A stretch of DNA of 64,000 bases, from NCBI GenBank assembly GCA_951406725.2, contig OX597815.1, positions 168,950,001-169,014,000 of the forward strand, in the 5' to 3' direction. A program made the translations under genes and the position numbers. Shown one piece after another: positions 1 through 11,576 of the stretch (position 1 is its first letter; each line of letters starts with the position of its first letter). The notes below the pieces were generated by a model. The model was not told where the DNA came from and did no database searches. It saw only the letters and a list, made by a program, of their open reading frames with translations. The stretch is from Octopus vulgaris. Lineage: Eukaryota.

Positions 1-704
1 GGTTGTAAATGAGCATCACCATCATACGAGTGGTGGTGTCCATTTCCAATCGTTCATGAAAAACATGTCAAAATCTTAACCCCTTAGTATTCACGTTACT
101 TTGTCAAGTGTAATTCTTATTTATTCACATTGTTTTGAATAAATCATACATTATCTTGTAGCTTTGAGATTTCAATGATGTGGTTGTTTACTTTTTAGAA
201 TGATATTGTAGGATAGGTGTGAGAGATTGGATCTGGCTGGTTTGAACATAAAACAAGAAGAGTATTTGTGTTGGATATCGCCAGTTTAATCACTAATGGT
301 TTAAACACTAGTTAATATTAAGAAATGTAATATAAGAGGGTTATAGTCAGTAAAAATTGTAAGTGCTCTGCAAAGATAGTAAAAATTTCCACACACTTCA
401 GTTGCTAGTGATTTTAATCAATTCATAACATCTTAAACACTTTTTTCTGTTCTCTGAATGCTAAAATAGATGCAGGGAAAAATATTTTATTGCTATTTGT
501 CAAGTGCTTAGATTTTAGACCTTAAGTTACAACTTTGTCCATATGTGAACCACGGAGGCAATAACTAGTAACCAAGACCATTGGTGATAATCCATGCTTG
601 ACAAGACCCATCAAGCTAAGTGAAATCATAGTTGTAGCCGCTGTTGGTGTTGCATAACTGACACTTAAAAAGCACTTTTCAAGCATTGGGCCTCACAGAG
701 GTAA

Positions 705-1225
705 TGACAAATGATCGAGACCTTTGGCAATATGCTGTGCTTAAGAAGACCCATCAAGCCAAGTGAAACCATAGTCGTGACTAATACTGGTGACAAACGA
801 TTGAGGCCTTTGGCAATATGCTGTGCTTAAGAAGAAGACCCATCAAGCCAAGTGAAATCAGTCATGACTGATACTGGTGACAAATGACTGAGGCCTTTGG
901 CAATATGCTGTGCTTAAGAAGAAGACCCATCAAGCCAAGTGAAATCAGTCATGACTGATACTGGTGACAAATGACTGAGGCCTTTGGCAATATGCTGTGC
1001 TTAAGAAGAAGACCCATCAAGCCAAGTGAAATCATAGTTATGACTGATACTGGTGACAAATGATTGAGACCTTTGGCAATATGCTGTGCTTAAGAAGGCC
1101 CATCAAGCCAAGTGAAATCAGTCATGACTGATACTGGTGACAAATGATTGAGACCTTTGGCAATATGCTGTGCTTAAGAAGAAGACCCATCAAGCCAAGT
1201 GAAATCATAGTCATGGCAGATACCA
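705..1225 (+). repeat. Tandem repeat, about 87-bp unit x 6
   Basis: CCTTTGGCAATATGCTGTGCTTAAGAAG recurs at 721, 807, 894, 981, 1070 and 1154, inside an RTE-type 3' segment. Confidence 0.95.
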
Positions 1226-1825
1226 GTGGCATGTAAAAGCACCCATTACACTTTTGGAGTGGTTGCCATTAGGAAGGGCATCCAGCCATAGAAACCATGC
1301 CAAATCAGATTTGAATCTGGTACAGTCCTTCAGCTTACCAGCCCTGGTCAAACCGTCCAACCTATGCCAGCATGGACAACAGGCATTAAATGATAATGAT
1401 ATATATATGTATCCATTTGGTGTTGACTGTTGGTTAAAAAAGAATACTATAATAGAGATTAATAATACATTTTATTTTGGTCAAGTTATGCCTGAAGACT
1501 GTGCACCCAACGGTGAAATTCAGAATAGCAAGAGACTGACTCAAGCAAAATAGTATATATTTATAAAATGATCACAGGATCATCTTCATACACAAGTTCA
1601 AAAGTAATTGTCTTTACGTATCAAATTAACTTTTTACACTATAAACATTTACAATAATTATGAATTACATTGCATTTTTATTTTTTTATTCATTTTTTTT
1701 TTTTTATAAATAAAAAGATAACTTTGTCACTTTTAATATTTTCTTTTAGTCATAAATTTCTATAGAAACAATCTATACAGAATAAAATGTTTGGCTGTTA
1801 TCTATCTCTTCATTTCTCTTGATAG

Positions 1826-1894
1826 ACTGCTTGTAAACTTCCTCGTCGACCAATGGGTATTTGCAATACACCAGTGACTGAGAGCTGTGTCTGA
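1826..1894 (+). CDS. Possible terminal coding exon of an upstream plus-strand gene (TACKLPRRPMGICNTPVTESCV*)
   Basis: Polypyrimidine acceptor tctatctcttcatttctcttgatag|, 22 codons ending in the class I PDZ-ligand-like ESCV*, then about 2 kb of mostly non-repetitive UTR-like sequence. Upstream exons are not visible, so the frame is assumed. Confidence 0.4.
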   Translation, partial: TACKLPRRPMGICNTPVTESCV

Positions 1895-4800
1895 AAATTT
1901 ACTTTCACCTAAAAATAATCGATGTGCTGTAACCTATGAAACGAGGTAGTTTCCTTCTACCTTGCTCAAATCACAAACATGACAACACCACCACCACTTA
2001 TTTCTTCTGGCTGATTCTGCAATTACTGTTAGCTGAAATGTCTAATGACAGTTTGCCTTCTTCCACATTTCCACAGCCTTTTTCTTTCTATTCGAACAAT
2101 ATCTTAATCTGCATTGTGTGATATAAATTTTTTTTTTTTTTTTTTTGACATATATATGTATAAACGTCTGCAATCCATCGCTTCTCTTTCCCACCTTTCA
2201 TCAATATATTCGACCTTACTATCAGATCCCCATTCTCTCCTGTTGACTCGAATCTATTTAAGTGACACATGTGAGTGTATGTGGGTATGTGCATGCAATT
2301 TACACTACTGTGATGCAAGATGACATCCAAAACTCAATATAAAAATGTGATTTGTAAACTACACACATTGACACATATATACACACACATATATATATAC
2401 TTCATGTAAATTTGAATCTGAAACTGTTTTACATAAACCATATATTTCCATTTTAAATGTATCATATAACATACAATATCAGTTCATTTTCTTCATTTCT
2501 ATTAAACATTTTTTGTTTTTTTTTTTATCATTAATAATCCCTCACAGACTTCAGTGTTCATGTTTTTGCTGTCACTTCCCTTTTCTTTCATTTGAGATTT
2601 TGGTTCTTCAGTTAAATGGTTAAAACCATTGGGGATGTTCTGTACTACAGATAGCACTCTAATTATAGAAACAAAATGTGAAGAGTTCTTGTTGGAGAGT
2701 GTAAAATGTTTACAGATGTGAGCTGGGCTCCTGTAAACCAAATATCCAAAAAATTATACATTAAGAAACAACAGGTTATATTCAAAGACATCTTATTTAC
2801 CTTATTTGACAGACTATACAGTGGAGAACTCTACCCCCCCCCCACACACACACACACACAGGAGTCCCAGAAGGTCGACCAGAGTTTTATAAACACATGG
2901 TCAGGGTGTGGGTTTCTGACATGTCATACTGTCAAAAATCAAGATGCACTGTATAAGCTTGTATACCTTGTAAGTCGTCAAATATTGTAGTTAGTTGCTG
3001 AAATTTAAATATGCTTTCTTCTTTGTTATGTATTTGTGCACAAAGAGTTAGCTATTTTACCTGTTCATTCCATGAGATTTGGTGTTTTAGAATTTTAGTT
3101 CTACATTTAAGTACAGCTAAGTATAGGGTAAATATTCTATAATGATTGCCCTGAAAATGTTTAATATCTACCCTTTGATATAAATTTCAGTGTTTTCATC
3201 TTTACTAACAAAAGAAAATATTAAAGCCTTTATTTGAATAATTATTCAAATCCAAGTATAAGACATTTTGGTGGAGCTGATTTGGTGCTGACTTATTTGA
3301 CATCAGATGTTTAAATGTTTCCCTCCCTCTCTCTCTATCTATCTATCTACATGTGTGTGTGTTTGCCTCCTGTGCCAAAAAGTACTGTCACCAAAACATG
3401 CTGACTGTCCAGTCAGCCGAGCCAAGCCAGGCCAGATCATCAGCATCCAAATGGCTGCACCCAGTCATGTTGTTCCTTTCAAAGAGATTATTTTATCTTT
3501 CTATGAACTATTTCAGTAAAAACTGTCTCCCATTTTAGACATACAAAGTCTCTTAAATTAAAATGGTGCCAGGACTGTATGAAACAAATGAATATTTGTT
3601 CATTGTTCTTAGATTTTATCTTGCAACAAAACTCCCCAAATATGTAGCATCCTTCCAATGTTCTTTATTTCGTTTTTATTTATCAAGTATCCAATTCTTT
3701 TTTATATTTACAAATCACATTCTTCATGTATATAAACATGAAACCTGACAAATTTTTTAAATCCTTAATAAGTCTCTTAAAGGATATTATTAGTAATGTA
3801 AATTGAGAGAAATTATGAATTGGTTTTTCTTCTAAGTAAATATAATTAAAGAAACCATGGTTATGAATTGAGATTAAATACATTTCCTCTGCTCTTCATT
3901 TTGTTTTTCTGCTTTATTATGTTATTGAATATTATGATATAGAAGATGGCAACCTGGCAAAATCGTTAACATGCCAGACCAAATACTTAACAGCATTTCT
4001 TCTGGCTTTAGGTTTTGAGTTCAAATACCACTGAGGTCAACTTTTGCCTTTCCTCCTTTCAGGCTTGATCTAATTGACCCCACTTCACCAAAATTTCTGG
4101 CATTGTGCCTATAGTAGAAAGAATTGTTATTGAATATGTTTGCTTGCATTAATTTACAGCTGGTTACTTAACCTAGAGTAATGCTTTACATTCTCTAGTC
4201 AATTTCTTTACTTATATCATGTAATTATATCATTCACACCATAAATATGTGCAATATTCATTCATGTCTCACTGTGTAAATGAACTGTTGATTGTTACAA
4301 ATTCTTTTGTAATGTTTCTGTTGTTTCTCATTGCATCAACACAGTATTATACCACATTTGTAAGCACAGTCTTGTACCATAGCATAATAAATTGAGGGAC
4401 CAAAGTTGTTTGTTTTATTTTTCTTGTTTTCTGTTTCTTCCTGATAGAAAAGGTGTTTGATGGAAAGTATTCCAACTATGAACATCTCATCCTTTATTAG
4501 GCATAGCTGTGTGGTTAAGAAACTTGCTTCCCAACCATGTGGTCTTGGGTTCAGTCCCACTCTGTAACATCTTGGACAAGTATCTTCTGTTATAGCCCTC
4601 AAGCCAACCAAAGCCTTGTGAGTGAAATTGGCAGATGGAAACTGAAAGAAACCAGTCCTGTATGTATGTGTAGGTATGTGGTGTGTGTCTGTACCCTTGT
4701 CTAGATTGGAAATGAGCATCATCCTCACACAAGTAAGGTTGTTCGTGTCCAGTCTTCTATAAAAAAATAAAAACCTATTTGACCATAGGGAAATATTACC

Positions 4801-5500
4801 TAGCTTGGTAACAAATTCCTTCTGACCCATACAAGCATGGAAAAGTGGGCATTAAATGATAATATACACACACATATGCAATACATTATGCCAATCTCTT
4901 AAAAGTTAAACTTAAAACAAAGTGAAATAACTACAGAAGAAACTGGGGCACAAATCTATTTACAAGATACAATTAATCTTTGTTGAGTGGTTTTTAAATA
5001 GTTCTCAAGATCAAGCTATTAAATTACATATATGACATAAATGTGTCTCTTTTTTTATATACCATTGTTCCCATTTTGTCCTCCCCTTCTATTCAAAGTG
5101 AAAGTTTTTTGGGTTTTTTTTAAAGTCTGTTGAAAGACACAGAAACATATACATACATGTGCAACAGGCTTTTTTCAATTTCTGTCTACCAAATTCACTC
5201 AACAGTTTAATTGCTCTGGAGCAATAATAGGCACTTGTTCAAGTATATTATATTGTCCAATATAATAAAAGGCACTTGTCCAAGGTGCCATGCAACAGAA
5301 CTGTGCCCAAAATCATGTAGTTGGGAAGCAGATTTCTTAAACACTGCCCTTACCCAATGATTTATTGGGTAAGGGCACTTAACCAATGATTAATGAAACG
5401 TGTGCTAGTATCATAATGAGGTTGATTCAACTGATTCCTTCACTACAAAATATTACTGGAATTCACAAGATAATTTGTCTATATTCATTTTTCTCGTCTC

Positions 5501-5719
5501 TTAACCCTTTTGATACCAACCGGCTCTGGCTCTGTAGTACAGATGTCTTACTTTCATAAATTTTGAATTAAAATCTTCCACCAAACCTTAGTCACAATTT
5601 ATGTTCTCAACACTAGCTTAATGATAACTAAGTTCTTTTACTAAATTCTTCATTATATTTAAAATTAATTGAATGTAACACAGAGCATCTCAAAATAAAT
5701 ACAGTAACGAAAGGGTTAA
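5501..5719. mobile_element. piggyBac-like MITE
   Basis: TTAA-CCCTTT...AAAGGG-TTAA termini. Related elements at about 76-304, 31665-31890 and 50373-50595. Confidence 0.65.
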
Positions 5720-6418
5720 AGATAGCCTGTCTGTTTCCATGCAGCCTGTTAAATCTAAGGGAGATAATTTTTCCATTGTTATAATTGCTAAACTAAATGT
5801 AATTCCTTTTAGAAAAAAATAATAATCTAGGAAATCTTATCTCCAAATTAAATGCTCCAAAACTACAAGATAAAAAAAACAGTGCAGAATTTAATTAAAT
5901 TAGACCTGTTTTTAAGGCTGCTTGAATGTTAAAACATAATACTTAACTGGCTATATAAGTTAAGAAATTTGCATCACAGATTTTTGGCAAATATTCTATA
6001 CTAAAACCTCAGCTTGATTTGACCTCTACCTTGTGAATAAAATTTGGTAGATGGAAACTGTACCAAAACCCTTTATATATATATGTATGTATGAGTCCAC
6101 TGCAGTTTATAGCAGATACAGCCGTAAGCTAATGACATTCATAAGATAATCATTTATTCCTTCATCATCTCATTCTGTTATATATATATTCTATGTGTTT
6201 ATGTATTTGTTTCTGCATGTTTCATGTTGATACTGCTTGGGTAGTAATGTTATCTTTATGTCATGTATAAACAGAAAATCTAGTGGTTCAGCAATTTGAT
6301 GTTGTAAAGAGATGAGAATAAGTGAAGGATAGTATCTAGAAGGGCATCTGGTTATTGAATACTGTCTCAATAAATCTCATCTGACACATGCCACCATAGA
6401 AGAGATAGACATACGATG

Positions 6419-6627
6419 GAGTGCTGAAAAGGTCCTGGTTTTAAGGGTATTGCAAAGGGCCTGGTTGGAGGCCCAACCTTCTGAATTCTTTTAGAGGGCT
6501 TAAAAAAACTGAAGGACTTCTGCAATAAGTGTGTGAATCTGAGAGGGGGATATGCTGAATAAAATCATAATTAACTGATCCTCCTGTATTTTCTTTTACC
6601 TAAAGCAAAGAACTTTTCAGCACCCCC
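6419..6627. mobile_element. Mariner-derived MITE
   Basis: Imperfect TIRs GTGCTGAAAAGGTCCTGGTTTTA and TAAAGCAAAGAACTTTTCAGCAC. Confidence 0.55.
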
Positions 6628-6667
6628 TTGTATATAAGATATATATTTATTTTTCAGGCTTAGATAT

Positions 6668-7005
6668 TAAATAATAATAATAATAAACATTGTGTACAGT
6701 GCTCAGGTGCACTACAACTCATCTAAAGTGCATATATAATCAGGTGTAGTTTCGACGGATTTCAGAAAGCATGAGGGCCTTAAAGGATGCAGTGTCATGG
6801 CAGTCAACAACTGACGCAGGCAGTTTATTCCATGCTTCAGCAACTCTGAGCGTGAAAAAATGTTTCCGAAAGTCATGGGAGCTGTGTTGTTTTCTGACTT
6901 TGTAGGCATGTCCATGTATGTTAGACACATGGAGATCAAAAAGGTGTTCAGTGTTGTTGTTGGTGAGGTGGTTGACAACTTTGTGGGCGTTTACCAAGTC
7001 CGTCC
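6668..7005 (-). mobile_element. CR1/L2-type LINE 3' end
   Basis: HGHAYKVRK..FRKHFFTLRVAEAWNKLPASVV...FK is the ORF2 C-terminal signature, followed by a 3' UTR and an (ATT)n tail. The same tail occurs at 15585-15648 and 63568-63608. Confidence 0.85.
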
Positions 7006-7528
7006 ATATTAATCCTTTTGTTACCATATTTCTGATGAAATTCACTGCCTTTGTTGCAATTAATTTTAAAAATGACACTTTAATAAAATAACTTTGTCAT
7101 TATTAACTTGATATCTGGCACAAAAGTTAACAGGAAATATGTATGGTTTAATTTAGAACATTTTAAAACTAGAATTTATTTCATAGAACCAGCAGTAGTT
7201 TCAGGAGGGCTGGTTTCAAAAAGAGCTGAACTGTATGTAGGTGTGAACCTCTATCCAGTTCAGAGGTTAAAGAGTTTGGGGGAAGCATGGAATTACCCCT
7301 TAGTTATCACTGCTTCTGGGTCAATTCTGACTTAAGGTGATAGTACTTATCAAGGGCTCCAGTTATGGGTCAAATTTCAGAAAATAGTCTTTTGGCTTGA
7401 ACAGATCCTGTACCTTAAAGGTTAGCTCAAGTAAACTAAATAAACTGACAGAAGGCAACAAAAATTCACTGCTGCATATTTCCCAAGACAAATCATAAAT
7501 CTTCAGACTTTCACAAAGACTATGATCA

Positions 7529-8006
7529 ATTATTTACATTCGACGGATATTTGTCCTCATCTTGTTTGTTGTTAACATGTTTCGGCTGATATACCCTCCA
7601 GCCTTCTTCAGGTGTCTTGGGGAAATTTCGAACCTGGGTTCTCATTCCTAAGGTATTCTTTGATATTATTATTATTGTTTAGGTCACTGCTTGGAATCGA
7701 ACTCGGAATCTTGGGGTTAGTAGCCTGCACTCTTAACCACTACGCCATATGCCTGTAGTGGTTAAGAACACAGGCTACTAACCCCAAGATTCCGAGTTCG
7801 ATTCCAAGCAGTGACCTGAACAATAATAATAACAACATCGAAGAATACCTTAGGAATGAGAACCCAGGTTCGAAATTTCCCCAAGACACCTGAAGAAGGC
7901 TGGAGGGTATATCAGCCGAAACATGTTAACAACAAACAAGATGAGGACAAATATCCGTCGAATGTAAATAATGTACATAATTCCTCATCTCTTAAATATA
8001 GAACTG
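7529..8006 (+). mobile_element. PLE fold-back insertion (about 215-bp inverted arms 7529-7972, 34-nt one-sided tail, 8-bp TSD TATGATCA)
   Basis: The arms are reverse complements. TATGATCA sits at 7521-7528 and 8007-8014. Same family as 52181-52421. Confidence 0.9.
7885..7927 (+). ncRNA. Hammerhead ribozyme motif (mirror copy on minus strand at 7574-7616)
   Basis: GACAC-CTGAAGA-A-GGCTG(GAGGGTATAT)CAGCC-GAAACATGTT. The 3' strand of stem I is shortened by a 3-nt deletion shared by both arms, relative to the 52327 copy. Confidence 0.6.
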
Positions 8007-8499
8007 TATGATCACCATACCTGTAGACATTCACACGCACACATATATACAATAACTGTTTGACTTAGCTACACAAATTAAAATAAGACATGTCAAGCTA
8101 AATAAAATCGCTGTCATCCATACATACACACTTGTCCATTACAGGTGCTGGTGTCATATAAAACAGACTCATACCAGTGCTGTGTAAACGCACCTGTGAC
8201 ACGCAAAAAGTACCCAGTATACTCTGTAAAATGGTTGGTATTAGTAAGAGCATCCAGCCGTAGAAACCATGCCAAAACATCAATTGGAGTCTGGACAGCT
8301 CCTATCAAACCATTCAACTCATGCCAGCATGGAAAACAGACATTAAACAATGATGATGATAATAGGTGACAGTGACTTTCATGTTTCAGCCTGCTGCTAA
8401 TCTTTGTCAGATTATCTAACAGGTTGAACACTTTGGAGTCACTCACCCCTCTTGTAAAAGTATAATAACTATATACTTGACATAAAGTAATAAATAATT

Positions 8500-8754
8500 T
8501 AGTTGAGTTTGGGGAGAGTCGTACTACCTTAATATCTAACACAATCACCAGATCAATTTCCACTCTTTTTTTTTTGTGTGTGTGTCTTCCAAAAATTTTC
8601 ATTGCTTTTGCAAGATACAAGGCAAAAAAAAAAAGAGTGGATATTGAACCAGTGAATGTATTAGATATTAAAGCAGTATGACTCTCTCCAGACAACAAAA
8701 TTTGTTTCAACACATAAATTCACATAAAGAATCTTGAAAAACAGATACAAAAAC
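8500..8754 (+). mobile_element. Older PLE-type fold-back insertion, TSD ATAAATAATT
   Basis: Imperfect inverted arms at about 8500-8575 and 8625-8700. The tail resembles 11520-11576. TSD at 8490-8499 and 8755-8764. Confidence 0.65.
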
Positions 8755-11133
8755 ATAAATAATTCTTCAGTTTAATATTAAATTATTTTTACTGACATAA
8801 AAACAAACGTTTACATATGTGTGTATTATCAACATCATTTTTTATATCTCTGCTCTTATCTATTGGAAAAACACAACTTTACATATGTAAATTGAATTTC
8901 TTTATAATCAGTCTTAATTAGAAAAATCAATAAATACTGGAGCTGCTATCAGTTTGTGCTAGTCACCTTAGAGACATCAAGTCTTCTCAAACCCCATACT
9001 ACTGATTTCTTCTGCAAAAGAGGGATAACTGCAGTCTTTTCAGAGAAGTGGGTCCTGCAAGGTAGAGTGTCACTGGCCATTCTCCTTGGCAACACCACCG
9101 CAATCATTACTGTGGGGCACGATAAACAACCATTTGTTCAGGGGTATATGACCCATCACCCCTTTCTTCTGCTGCTGCTTAACCACCCCCTCTCTTTTTT
9201 CTTTCTTATCTCTTTTCTTTCATGTTTCTCTCATAAGTTAAATTAAGCTAATATCAACATTTTTCAAAGGTCTTTCACCTTTAGGTAGATTTTGCCAAAC
9301 ATTTTCCTATCTATCACTATATTTATTTTTAAACTTAAGGAAAAAAAGCATTAAGGAGGTGTGTAGAAATGATATAATTTATTTTTACGACAACACTCAG
9401 AATGATTTATATTTCAAAGATAAAACAGAGCCTATAAGAAGAGAGCATATTAACACATTTCTTTGGTTGACTTTTGCTTACTTTAACAACCTGTTAATGA
9501 AGTATTGATGAAATTTTGTTTTTTTTTGTTTGTTTTTTCTTTTTCTTTTAACAATTATGTCTACTGGTCATTTAGTTCTGAAAATTAATGTTCTGTTAGG
9601 TGCAAGCATGGCTTGTGGTAAGCTTGGTTTTGAGTTCAGTTCCATTGTTTGTCACTTTGGACAAGTGTCTTCTACTATGATCCTGGACCATCCAAAGTTT
9701 TGTGAGTAGATTTGGTTGGCAGCAATGAGAAGAAAGGCGGCGAGCTGGCAGAATCGTTAGCTCACCGGATGAGATGCTTGGCGTTATTTCGTCTGCCATT
9801 ATGTTCTGAGTTCAAATTCCGCCATGGTCGACTTTGCCTTTCATCCTTTCAGGGTCAATAAATTAAGTACCAGTTGTGCACTGGGATTGATGTAATCGAC
9901 TTAATACCTATGTCTGTCCTTGTTTGTCCCCTCTATGTTTAGCCCATAGTGGGCAACAAAGAAATGAGAATGAAGCATCATGTGTGTGTGACTGTTTATC
10001 CCTCACCACCACTTGACAACCAGTGTTGGTTTGTTTGTGTCCCAGTAACTTAGCAGTTCGACAAAAGAGAATGACAGAATAAATACTAATCATTAAAATA
10101 AGTACTGAGGTCAATTTCTTCAACTAAAAACTCTTCAAGATGGTACCCCAGTATAGCCACAGTCCAATGACAGAAATGTTTCCCAATTACTTCTTACTTA
10201 GGCATGTAAACTGTGATCTTTAGATCACAGCTTTCGTTTCTGCCGCTCTCCCAGCTGAAGAAGATTGGCCTGCAAGAAACCTGTGCCAGTGCCCCATAAA
10301 AGCACCCAGCACACACTGTAAAGTGGTTGGCATTAGCAAGGGCATCCAGCCATAGAAATTGCTGTCCAAGAATTTGGACCTGGAGATCTCCATTTCCAGC
10401 AACTTTGAGGGCCACCTCCCAGTGGTGTCGGGCGTCAACGAAGAGCCCTCGACTGCAACAAGATGACCAAAGTTTTTTTTTTCCAAGGTCTGGGGTCTCC
10501 CACCCCTAAGCCCTAGACCATCACCTAATCAACCTTACCTGTCTTGTTGCTTAACGACAACAACAGCCATAGAAACCAACCCAAATCAGACAAACCTGGT
10601 GCAGCTCTCCAGCTTGCAAGCTCTGATCAAACTGTCCAATCCATGCAATCATGGAAAAACAGACATTAAAGGATGATGATATGTGTGTACCCTGGTCTGC
10701 ATATTATGTGATGGTCGTAAATGAACATCATTACCATGCAAGCAATTTTGTTCATTTACCCCAGTCCTTTGTGTAAAATCTTGTCTGGCCATTGGGAAAT
10801 GTTACCTTACCTAGAAACAGGTAAGAGCTGGCAACAGGAAGGTCATATTCAGGGTCAATAAATTCTGGCTGAAAAAATTCCATCTGACCCATGCAAGCAT
10901 GGGAAAATTGATGATGATGCTGAGGTAACATAATGCTAGAAAAGGACTAGAGGAGTTATCATCATTAAAATTGCCAAAAACCCATATGGTCAACATAGAG
11001 ACCAAATAATACTACAAAATTGATATGTATTAACATATCATAGATTGATTTTTTTTTTCATACTAACCTGCCAGAAACTGCCTTCTGTTCTATGATACAA
11101 ATTTCCTGTTTTAAAGTGAACTAAATTAAAAAC

Positions 11134-11576
11134 ATTGTTGTATTTAGGAATGGTCATTTTGCCAGTTTAGCCAATAAAAACACACGCACTATATATTTGG
11201 TGTTAATTTGCTTTAGCGTTATTTATTTTTTACATTAATCTTAATCTTATTTCGGCCAGAGTTCTTTTGTCACACTTCTGTGACCTCATCAGTGGTCAGC
11301 CTAATGGCTGACCGTTAGTAAGGAGAGACACACAAATAAGAAAGAAGAAAGCAAAGGACCACTGATGAGGTCACAGAAGTGTGACGAAAGAACTCTGGCT
11401 GAAATAAGATTAAGATTAATGTAAAAAATAAATAACGCTGAAGCAAAGTAACACCAAATATATAGTGCGTGTGTTTTTATTGGCTAAACTGGCAAAATGA
11501 CCATTCCTAAATTCAACAACATCTGTTTCAACACACGATTTCACATCAAGAATATTGCAAAACAAATATATAAACG
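11134..11576 (+). mobile_element. PLE fold-back insertion (arms 11135-11519, 57-nt tail, 12-bp TSD TAAATTAAAAAC)
   Basis: Near-perfect inverted arms; TSD at 11122-11133 and 11577-11588; hammerhead motif in both arms. Confidence 0.88.
11358..11399 (+). ncRNA. Minimal type I hammerhead ribozyme
   Basis: CCA-CTGATGA-G-GTCACA(GAAG)TGTGAC-GAAA-GAACT-C-TGG: intact core, 6-bp stem II, short stem III, CUC triplet and 3-bp stem I. Confidence 0.75.

Noticed and set aside
705-1225. CRISPR-like periodicity (also 29293-29895)
   Set aside because: Whole units repeat with no unique spacers; eukaryotic context and no cas genes.
1486-1532. CTGAAGA...GAAA hammerhead-like motif
   Set aside because: Stem II is one nucleotide out of register and the stems are weak.
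7682-7753. Apparent tRNA gene with ACT anticodon
   Set aside because: Poor acceptor stem, no long Ser variable arm, an isoacceptor normally absent, and embedded in a repeat; treated as a tRNA-like cassette.
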